The position numbers were made by a program, and so were the translations under genes. Positions 56,817-64,000 of a stretch of DNA of 64,000 nucleotides are shown here, in pieces. Within the stretch, counting starts at the first letter, position 1, and each line of letters opens with the position of its first letter. Under the pieces are notes generated by a model that was given only the letters and a program-made list of their open reading frames with translations, was not told the origin of the DNA and made no database searches. The stretch lies in assembly GCA_965214095.1 (NCBI GenBank), contig OZ243938.1:4064001-4128000 (forward strand). The letters are read 5' to 3'. The DNA is from Candidatus Poribacteria bacterium. Lineage in GTDB: Bacteria > Poribacteria > WGA-4E > WGA-3G.

Positions 56817-57443
56817 ATGTATATGATTGATGATTCAAATAGAATCTATTTTATTGGCGGATTAACTTCATTTCTCGGGGGTCTCTTGATGTTATTTACA
56901 AGTATATTGTTTCTTATACAAGGAGACGAACGTCAAGATGTGATACATGGAATAAGTGTTGTAATACCAATTCTAGTTGTTCCAACAGTAATCGCTATAA
57001 CTGTACTTTTAATTAAAGATGTGAAAACGGGTGCCTTATTAGGTGTCGGTTTTGCAGCACTTTGGGTTGTGATAGAACTAATCGCACACGGTTCACAAAC
57101 AGCACCTTTGAATACTATCAAAGAACTCATACAAAATTCAGCAACTGAGGAAGTCAAAGATAACTTCATAGCAGTATGGGACGAATGGGGAAATGCACTC
57201 ATAAAAATTAGTGCCTTCCTATTTTCTTTAGCAGCTCTTTCCTACGGTCTTTCTCTCCGTACTTGGGGTAATCCCACATCAGCATATTTACTGATAATTG
57301 CCGCATTATCTTTTGCTATTACATTTATCCCTGGAGTTCATTTTTACTGGCATGTCTTGGTACGAGGTATCGCATTCCTGTTTCTGGGTGGTGTCTTGAT
57401 GCTGGCAACTCGACAGAGAGTTCATGAAGAATGGGAATCCTAA
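56817..57443 (+). CDS. Hypothetical membrane protein (about 6 TMs)
   Basis: GGGGAG RBS; multiple hydrophobic helices. Confidence 0.7.
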   Translation: MYMIDDSNRIYFIGGLTSFLGGLLMLFTSILFLIQGDERQDVIHGISVVIPILVVPTVIAITVLLIKDVKTGALLGVGFAALWVVIELIAHGSQTAPLNTIKELIQNSATEEVKDNFIAVWDEWGNALIKISAFLFSLAALSYGLSLRTWGNPTSAYLLIIAALSFAITFIPGVHFYWHVLVRGIAFLFLGGVLMLATRQRVHEEWES

Positions 57444-57523
57444 TTGCCTTCTGAAGTTTACAAATAAGTGTATGGTGGACTACATTGTAATTGTATATGT
57501 AATACACTACCGTGGGGGTCCAC

Positions 57524-58333
57524 CTAATCTCTTCCATCTTCAGAGCTATCATCATCATTCAACAGACGTTCCAATTCAGCCAAAAGATCTGTGTCTTCTT
57601 GATCATCGTCTGATGATTCATCTGTGTTGGTATCGTTGTCGTCTTCTCCGCCTGTCTCTAAATCTGAGCGAAATTCTAACAGATTGCTAAGGTAACGTTC
57701 ACGGGTAATATTTTCGGCTTCACCTTGTTCCTCGCGCAGACATTCTCCACAGAATTCACCAATCTTCTGAATACCTACGTCAATATGTTGTAGGGCAGTT
57801 TCTGGATCATCATCTTGCAGACTCAATTCCGCTTTGGCAATGCTGTTCATCATAAGCATATAACCTTTATATTGATAACTCCCCCATGCAATTTCTGATG
57901 GCGCAAATTCACGTGCCATATTTGTTACAGACAAATTCGTATCTGTATCACGACGAACATCCGACCAACGTTTAATCCCTGCAAACAGCAAATACCGGGT
58001 ATATCTCAGAAAAGACTCCTCAAATAAAGTCTCCCATTCATCTTCTGTCAGTTCAAAACCATCTCTACTCCCATTCTCTTCAGCATATTCTGCTAATTTA
58101 CCAGAGAAATAATCGTAGTACGAATCTAGACCGTGCGGCCTCACACCATCTGGACGACCTGTAGCATATAGACGGGACACTGTAAACGCGTTGGGTTGCA
58201 CGACAACCACTTCTCTGCCATCCTCAATTGTCAATATCCGTATTGGATGATCCTCATCTAAGTTAATTACTTGGAGTATCCTATCAAGAGCCTGAACCCA
58301 ACGGGTGTTTCTTTGAATTGTTGTGTTTGACAT
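57524..58333 (-). CDS. Hypothetical protein with GRPDG motif and acidic tail
   Basis: 269-aa ORF directly downstream of carB on the same strand. Confidence 0.7.
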   Translation of the reverse strand: MSNTTIQRNTRWVQALDRILQVINLDEDHPIRILTIEDGREVVVVQPNAFTVSRLYATGRPDGVRPHGLDSYYDYFSGKLAEYAEENGSRDGFELTEDEWETLFEESFLRYTRYLLFAGIKRWSDVRRDTDTNLSVTNMAREFAPSEIAWGSYQYKGYMLMMNSIAKAELSLQDDDPETALQHIDVGIQKIGEFCGECLREEQGEAENITRERYLSNLLEFRSDLETGGEDDNDTNTDESSDDDQEDTDLLAELERLLNDDDSSEDGRD

Positions 58334-58355
58334 GGTATTTACTGTTACTCAACCT

Positions 58356-61300
58356 TTACTTATGATAATCTTGAAGTGGGCTGACAGAAATTTCACCCCG
58401 TTGTAATGCGTCAATAGCGTTAACAGCAGCCGCAGCACCAGGAATCGTCGAGAAAATAGGAATGTCATGTTCAATTGCCATCTGGCGGATAAGTAGTTCG
58501 TTTGTCCGGTGTAAATCCCCAGTAGGGGTATTGATTATCAAGTCAACTGCATGATTCTTGATATAATCATGGATTGTCGGTCTGCCTTTACCAATACTAT
58601 AAACAAGTTGGACATCCATACCATTCCGGAGTAAAACTTTTGCTGTGCCATGTGTTGCGATGAGATCAAACCCCATATCTGTTAGTTTTTTTGCTATGAA
58701 GATAACAGCGCGTTTATCCTTGTTCCGCACACTGATAAAGGCATTGCCTTTCAAAGGTAAGGTATATCCACACGCTTTCTGTGCCTTCGCAAATGCCCGA
58801 GATACATCCGTATCAATACCCATCACCTCACCTGTAGATTTCATTTCAGGACCCAAACGTGAGTTTGCCCCAGGAAATCTGTTAAAGGGAAAAACGGGTG
58901 CCTTCACACTAAAATAATCAGGTACTATCTCACTTGTGAAACCAAGTTCCTTCAATGTTTTGCCTGCCATCACACGTGCTGCCAACTTTGCCAATGGAAC
59001 ACCAATCGCCTTGCTCACAAATGGAACGGTACGCGATGCCCGCGGGTTAACTTCCAAAACATAAATCTCATCATTCTTGATCGCATATTGAACATTCATC
59101 AACCCACAGACATTCAAAGCCTTCGCAAGTGAATAGGTATATTCCTTCAGTTGGTCAATCTGATCATCTACCAGAGTGTAGGGTGGAAGCACACAATCAC
59201 TATCTCCTGAATGAACACCTGCCTCTTCAATATGCTCCATGATACCACCGATAACGGTAAACTGTCCATCTGAAATAGCATCTACATCCACCTCTATCGC
59301 TTCTTCCAGGTATTTATCTATTAAAACCGGATGCTCAGGGGATGCTTGAACTGCAGAGTCCATATATTCTTGTAAGGGCTGTTCATCATATACAATCTGC
59401 ATCGCACGGCCACCAAGCACAAATGACGGACGGACAATCACCGGATATCCGAGTGATGATGCAATGGGGATCGCTTCTTCACTTGAGGTAACGGTCGCAT
59501 TTGGAGGTTGCATCAGACCAATCTCGTCCAACACCTCTTTGAATAATTGACGGTTTTCAGAACGTGCAATGTCTTCAGGACTTGTACCAATTATTGGGAC
59601 ACCTGCTTCTTTCAGTACCATTGCAAGATTAAGCGGCGTTTGTCCACCAAATTGAACTATAACCCCAATCGGCTTCTCCTTATCAAAAATGTTCAGTACA
59701 TCTTCACATGTCAAAGGTTCAAAATAGAGACGGTCAGAAGTATCATAATCTGTACTCACTGTCTCAGGATTGCTGTTCACCATGATTGTTTCGTAACCAT
59801 CGGTCTTGAGTGCCATCGCTGCGTGAACACAACAATAGTCAAATTCAATTCCTTGACCGATACGGTTCGGTCCGCCTCCTAAAATCATGATTTTCTCTTT
59901 ATCAGTAGGACGCACCTCATCTTCAGATGAACATGTGGAATAGTAGTATGGAGTTTCCGCCTCAAACTCTGCAGCACAAGTATCCACAGTCTTATATGTT
60001 GCTTCAATGCCAAGTCTTTTTCTGGTTTCACGTACTTGGTTTTCAGATACATCAAATAATTCAGCAAGTTGTCTGTCTGAAAATCCCAGTTGTTTCGCTT
60101 TGAGTAAAAGCAACTCAGATTCTGTTTCAGCAGTATCTCCATTTTCAATGAACGCTTGTAGGTCTGATACTTCTAAATTATTCTCAAAATCAACTAATTC
60201 TTGAAGATTATACAAGAAGAACGGATCAATATGTGTATAGCCATAAATCTCATCAATACTCATACCACGTTTCAGTGCCGATTTTATGTAAAATAAACGT
60301 TCTACATTTGGGATAGTTAACTTGCTGGAGATTTCTGAGAGTGGAATCTGTTCAAGAGGATGATTGTCAAAACCTGACCATCCAGTTTCTAAAGAACGCA
60401 ATCCTTTCTGAAGTGCCTCTTTAAAAGTACCACCGATGGACATTGCCTCACCAACGGATTTCATCATGGTTGTGAGCGTTTCATCTGTACCCTGAAACTT
60501 TTCAAATGCCCATCTCGGTATCTTGACAACAACATAGTCAATTGTTGGTTCAAAGCATGCAGGGGTCTCTGCGGTAATGTCATTCGGGATCTCATCAAGA
60601 TTATAACCAACTGCCAACTTCGCTGCAATTTTGGCAATAGGAAATCCTGTTGCTTTTGAGGCAAGTGCCGAACTACGGGAAACACGGGGATTCATTTCTA
60701 TAACAACTTGTTTACCTGTCTTCGGATCAACAGCAAACTGGATATTCGATCCACCCGTATCAACTCCGATTTCTCTGATGATTTTAATCGCAGAATCACG
60801 CATTAGTTGATATTCTTTATCAGTTAACGTTTGTATCGGAGCAACCGTGACGCTATCACCAGTATGAACACCCATCGGATCCACATTCTCAATGGAACAG
60901 ATTATAACAACATTGTCACTGCCATCACGCATCACTTCTAATTCAAATTCTTTCCAACCGATAATAGATTCTTCAATAAGTAATTCGTTGATCGGACTCA
61001 AAGCAAGTCCTGCAGATACCATCTTTTGATATTCTTCAATATTATATGCAATGCCGCCGCCTGTACCACCGAGTGTAAATGCAGGACGGATTATAGCAGG
61101 AAAACCAATTTCGTCAATAAGAGCAATTGCCTCCTGCAATGTATGCGCTATACCACTCTTCGGAACATCCAAGCCAATTTTTACCATCGCTTCTTTGAAC
61201 AACGCACGGTCTTCGGCTTTCTGAATCGCTGGCAGTTTCGCACCAATTAACTCAACATCATATTTATCCAACACACCCGATTCTGCTAATTCAACAGATA

Positions 61301-61592
61301 CGTTTAATGCTGTCTGTCCACCTAATGTCGGTAACAATGCGTGCGGTCGCTCTTTTTCTATTACAAGTTCTACTGTATCCGCTGTTATCGGTTCAATGTA
61401 AGTGCGATCTGCGAAATCAGGATCTGTCATGATGGTAGCAGGATTACTATTCACCAGAACAATCTCATAACCCTCCTCTTTTAAGGCTTTGCACGCTTGC
61501 GTGCCAGAATAATCAAATTCGCACGCTTGACCTATGATGATCGCACCAGATCCTATAATTAATATTTTATTTATATCTGTTCGTTTTGGCAT
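58356..61592 (-). CDS. carB: Carbamoyl-phosphate synthase large subunit
   Basis: [18 protein letters not shown], two ATP-grasp domains, GEVM, MGS domain. Confidence 0.99.
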   Translation of the reverse strand: MPKRTDINKILIIGSGAIIIGQACEFDYSGTQACKALKEEGYEIVLVNSNPATIMTDPDFADRTYIEPITADTVELVIEKERPHALLPTLGGQTALNVSVELAESGVLDKYDVELIGAKLPAIQKAEDRALFKEAMVKIGLDVPKSGIAHTLQEAIALIDEIGFPAIIRPAFTLGGTGGGIAYNIEEYQKMVSAGLALSPINELLIEESIIGWKEFELEVMRDGSDNVVIICSIENVDPMGVHTGDSVTVAPIQTLTDKEYQLMRDSAIKIIREIGVDTGGSNIQFAVDPKTGKQVVIEMNPRVSRSSALASKATGFPIAKIAAKLAVGYNLDEIPNDITAETPACFEPTIDYVVVKIPRWAFEKFQGTDETLTTMMKSVGEAMSIGGTFKEALQKGLRSLETGWSGFDNHPLEQIPLSEISSKLTIPNVERLFYIKSALKRGMSIDEIYGYTHIDPFFLYNLQELVDFENNLEVSDLQAFIENGDTAETESELLLLKAKQLGFSDRQLAELFDVSENQVRETRKRLGIEATYKTVDTCAAEFEAETPYYYSTCSSEDEVRPTDKEKIMILGGGPNRIGQGIEFDYCCVHAAMALKTDGYETIMVNSNPETVSTDYDTSDRLYFEPLTCEDVLNIFDKEKPIGVIVQFGGQTPLNLAMVLKEAGVPIIGTSPEDIARSENRQLFKEVLDEIGLMQPPNATVTSSEEAIPIASSLGYPVIVRPSFVLGGRAMQIVYDEQPLQEYMDSAVQASPEHPVLIDKYLEEAIEVDVDAISDGQFTVIGGIMEHIEEAGVHSGDSDCVLPPYTLVDDQIDQLKEYTYSLAKALNVCGLMNVQYAIKNDEIYVLEVNPRASRTVPFVSKAIGVPLAKLAARVMAGKTLKELGFTSEIVPDYFSVKAPVFPFNRFPGANSRLGPEMKSTGEVMGIDTDVSRAFAKAQKACGYTLPLKGNAFISVRNKDKRAVIFIAKKLTDMGFDLIATHGTAKVLLRNGMDVQLVYSIGKGRPTIHDYIKNHAVDLIINTPTGDLHRTNELLIRQMAIEHDIPIFSTIPGAAAAVNAIDALQRGEISVSPLQDYHK

Positions 61593-61674
61593 TTTTTTAT
61601 AACTATCAGTTGTCAGTTATCAGTGTTTTGTAATCAAAGAAGAGGCAAGAATACCGCATAATGATCACCAAAGT

Positions 61675-62799
61675 TTAATCCATCATCTCTGTAAATCTTG
61701 AAAAGAGATAACTGGCATCATGTGGTCCAGGAGATGCTTCAGGATGATACTGGACAGAAAACACAGGATACTCTCGATGTTGCATCCCCTCAAGTGTGTC
61801 GTCATTCAAATTTATATGTGTAATATCAACTGTGTTCGGCAAGGAATCAATATCAACGCAGAAACCATGATTTTGTGAAGTTATCTCAACCTGATCGGTT
61901 TCAAAGTGTTTTACAGGTTGATTTGCACCACGATGACCGAACTTCAGTTTATATGTTTTCCCACCAAGCGCAAGCCCTAACAGTTGATGTCCCAAGCAGA
62001 TACCAAAAATCGGTTTTTTGCCCATTAATTCTTGGATAGTTTTTATACCATAATCAAGCGGCATAGGGTCACCTGGACCGTTGGATAGAAATACACCATC
62101 AGGTTCCGCAGCAAGTATGTCATCTGCAGGTGTTGTTGCCGGAACAACTTGGACTTCACATCCATGCTCAGTGAGTTGACGCAAAATGTTGTACTTTATA
62201 CCAAAGTCCATAGCAATCACGCGGTATTTACCCTTTTCTGTAGGAGGACCCGCCTCTATCTGAAAGTCGGAATTAATACGATCATTCCAGGCATACGGAT
62301 TCGGACAGGTTACACGCTGCACCAGATCCCAACCGACTAAGCCGTGCCAAGATTTTGCTTTTTCAATAAGTTCTTCTGCTTTCAGAATACCATCTCCATC
62401 TTCGGTAGCAAGACAACCGTTCATCACGCCATGAACGCGAAGGCGACGCGTTAAAGCACGGGTATCAATATTCTGAATACCTATAATTCCATTTTCAGCT
62501 AAATAGTCATCCAAACTCCATTGTGAACGCCAGTTACTATGATAAGCACTATATTCACGCACGACGAAGCCTTCTACCTGCGGACCGATAGATTCAATAT
62601 CAACTTCATTGCAACCGTAATTACCTATTAACGGATACGTCATAGTTACAATCTGTCCCTTATAGGACGGATCTGTCAGGACTTCTTGATAACCTGTCAT
62701 GCTTGTATTAAAGACCACTTCACCGACGGTTTCGCCAGTCGCACCAAACTGCTCACCTTCAAAAACAGTTCCATCTGATAACGCAAGAATTGCTTTCAT
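61675..62799 (-). CDS. carA: Carbamoyl-phosphate synthase small subunit
   Basis: [40 protein letters not shown]. Confidence 0.99.
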   Translation of the reverse strand: MKAILALSDGTVFEGEQFGATGETVGEVVFNTSMTGYQEVLTDPSYKGQIVTMTYPLIGNYGCNEVDIESIGPQVEGFVVREYSAYHSNWRSQWSLDDYLAENGIIGIQNIDTRALTRRLRVHGVMNGCLATEDGDGILKAEELIEKAKSWHGLVGWDLVQRVTCPNPYAWNDRINSDFQIEAGPPTEKGKYRVIAMDFGIKYNILRQLTEHGCEVQVVPATTPADDILAAEPDGVFLSNGPGDPMPLDYGIKTIQELMGKKPIFGICLGHQLLGLALGGKTYKLKFGHRGANQPVKHFETDQVEITSQNHGFCVDIDSLPNTVDITHINLNDDTLEGMQHREYPVFSVQYHPEASPGPHDASYLFSRFTEMMD

Positions 62800-62824
62800 C
62801 TTTACCTCAGTGTATAAGAGATAT

Positions 62825-64000
62825 TCAATTCCGAATACCCGCTCGAATTGTCATTACTGGCCAACCTTTAAGCTCCCAACCATCAAATGGGGTGTTTCTA
62901 CTCTTTGAACACGATTTGTCTACTTCATACTTTGCTGTTTTTCCTGAATCAATAAGTGTGACATCTGCAATCGCACCGATGGAGAGTGTCCCACGATCAA
63001 TCCCTACTATCTCAGCGGGAATACATGTCAACTTAGCAACGGCTTCTTTCAATGTTAGATGTCCAGCTTCAACCAAATAGGTCAGTGTAAGTGGTACACA
63101 CGTCTCAAGACCAATTATGCCATTAGGCGCATCAACCATCCCAAGTGCTTTTTCTGACGGTGTATGCGGTGCGTGATCTGTTGCAATCGCATCTATAGTA
63201 CCATCACATAATCCTTCAATTACTGCGTCAATATCCCTCTGCGTCCTCAATGGAGGATGCATTTTGGCGTTTGTTCCCTGTTTTTCTACCTCTGTATCCG
63301 TGAGAATCCAATGATGCGGACACACTTCAGATGTCACGTTGACACCTCTTTCTTTTCCCCACCGTACTAAATCAACCGCTCCTGCTGTGCTAACATGTAA
63401 AATATGCACATGCCCCCCTGTCAATTCTGCCAGCATGATGTCACGTGCAACAATAATATCCTCCGCAGCGTTCGGACTTCCAATTAGATCCAACCTCTGC
63501 GATGTTTCACCCAGATTCATCACTGCACCCGCATTAATGTTATGTTCTTCACAGTGTACCATAACAGGAAAATCAAGTTCCGCACTCAAACGTAATGCTT
63601 CACACATTAACGCAGAGTTCATAACTGTAACACCGTCATCACTGACACCCACTGCTCCTGCCGAAAGCATTCCGCGTATATCTGTCAGCTCTTCTCCTGC
63701 AAGGCTTTGTGTAATACTTCCTACAGGAAAAACATTTGCTGATGTCCTACTGTTATCATCAGAATCCCGACCCGCAATCGCATAAATGTGTCTAATCTTT
63801 TCTGGTGAATCGTTCACTGGTGATGTATTTGCCATACATACAACAGAAGTAAATCCTCCTGCTGATGCTGCTGATGTCCCTGACGCTATCGTCTCCTTAT
63901 GTTCATATCCAGGTTCACGAAGATGAACGTGCATATCAATTAACCCAGGCGTAACGATCAAATCAGTCGCATCAATCACATCACCAACATCTTGCTCAAG
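62825..64000 (-). CDS. pyrC: Dihydroorotase (5' end outside the window)
   Basis: [38 protein letters not shown]; frame open to the window edge. Confidence 0.95.
   Translation of the reverse strand, partial: LEQDVGDVIDATDLIVTPGLIDMHVHLREPGYEHKETIASGTSAASAGGFTSVVCMANTSPVNDSPEKIRHIYAIAGRDSDDNSRTSANVFPVGSITQSLAGEELTDIRGMLSAGAVGVSDDGVTVMNSALMCEALRLSAELDFPVMVHCEEHNINAGAVMNLGETSQRLDLIGSPNAAEDIIVARDIMLAELTGGHVHILHVSTAGAVDLVRWGKERGVNVTSEVCPHHWILTDTEVEKQGTNAKMHPPLRTQRDIDAVIEGLCDGTIDAIATDHAPHTPSEKALGMVDAPNGIIGLETCVPLTLTYLVEAGHLTLKEAVAKLTCIPAEIVGIDRGTLSIGAIADVTLIDSGKTAKYEVDKSCSKSRNTPFDGWELKGWPVMTIRAGIRN

Overview
AT-rich bacterial chromosomal window from a diderm. The secreted LamG proteins with a C-terminal '(P/S)VE(P/A)xxKLTxxWGx(L/I)K' tail, the PhyH-sulfatase pair and the GTAG-type palindromic repeats suggest Candidatus Poribacteria or a relative (inference only). 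Housekeeping content: a dcw cluster (rsmH-ftsL-ftsI-murE-[alpha/beta hydrolase]-murF-ddl-mraY-murD-ftsW-murG-murC-ftsQ-ftsA-ftsZ), nadD-yacG-yqeK-rsfS, thiI, RNase HIII, nagB, pyrC-carA-carB, def and larE. Accessory content: a LolA-like/FG-GAP/LolCDE-like envelope operon, a CDF metal transporter and three LamG paralogs, one frameshifted. The strongest hidden signal, split by the ORF track, is three lipoprotein genes within about 5 kb (13.5-18.5 kb), each with an in-frame TGA at the first Cys of a CxxC motif. Two are tandem heavy-metal-associated (HMA) domains (GLA-U-GSC, GMT-U-GSC) and one is an AhpC/TSA redoxin (U-PEC). Each TGA is followed 15-16 nt later by a hairpin with a GU-starting loop resembling a bacterial SECIS. 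This points to an extracytoplasmic selenoprotein metal-binding/redox module next to a Cys-rich CDF transporter. No rRNA, tRNA, CRISPR array or intact transposase was recognised.
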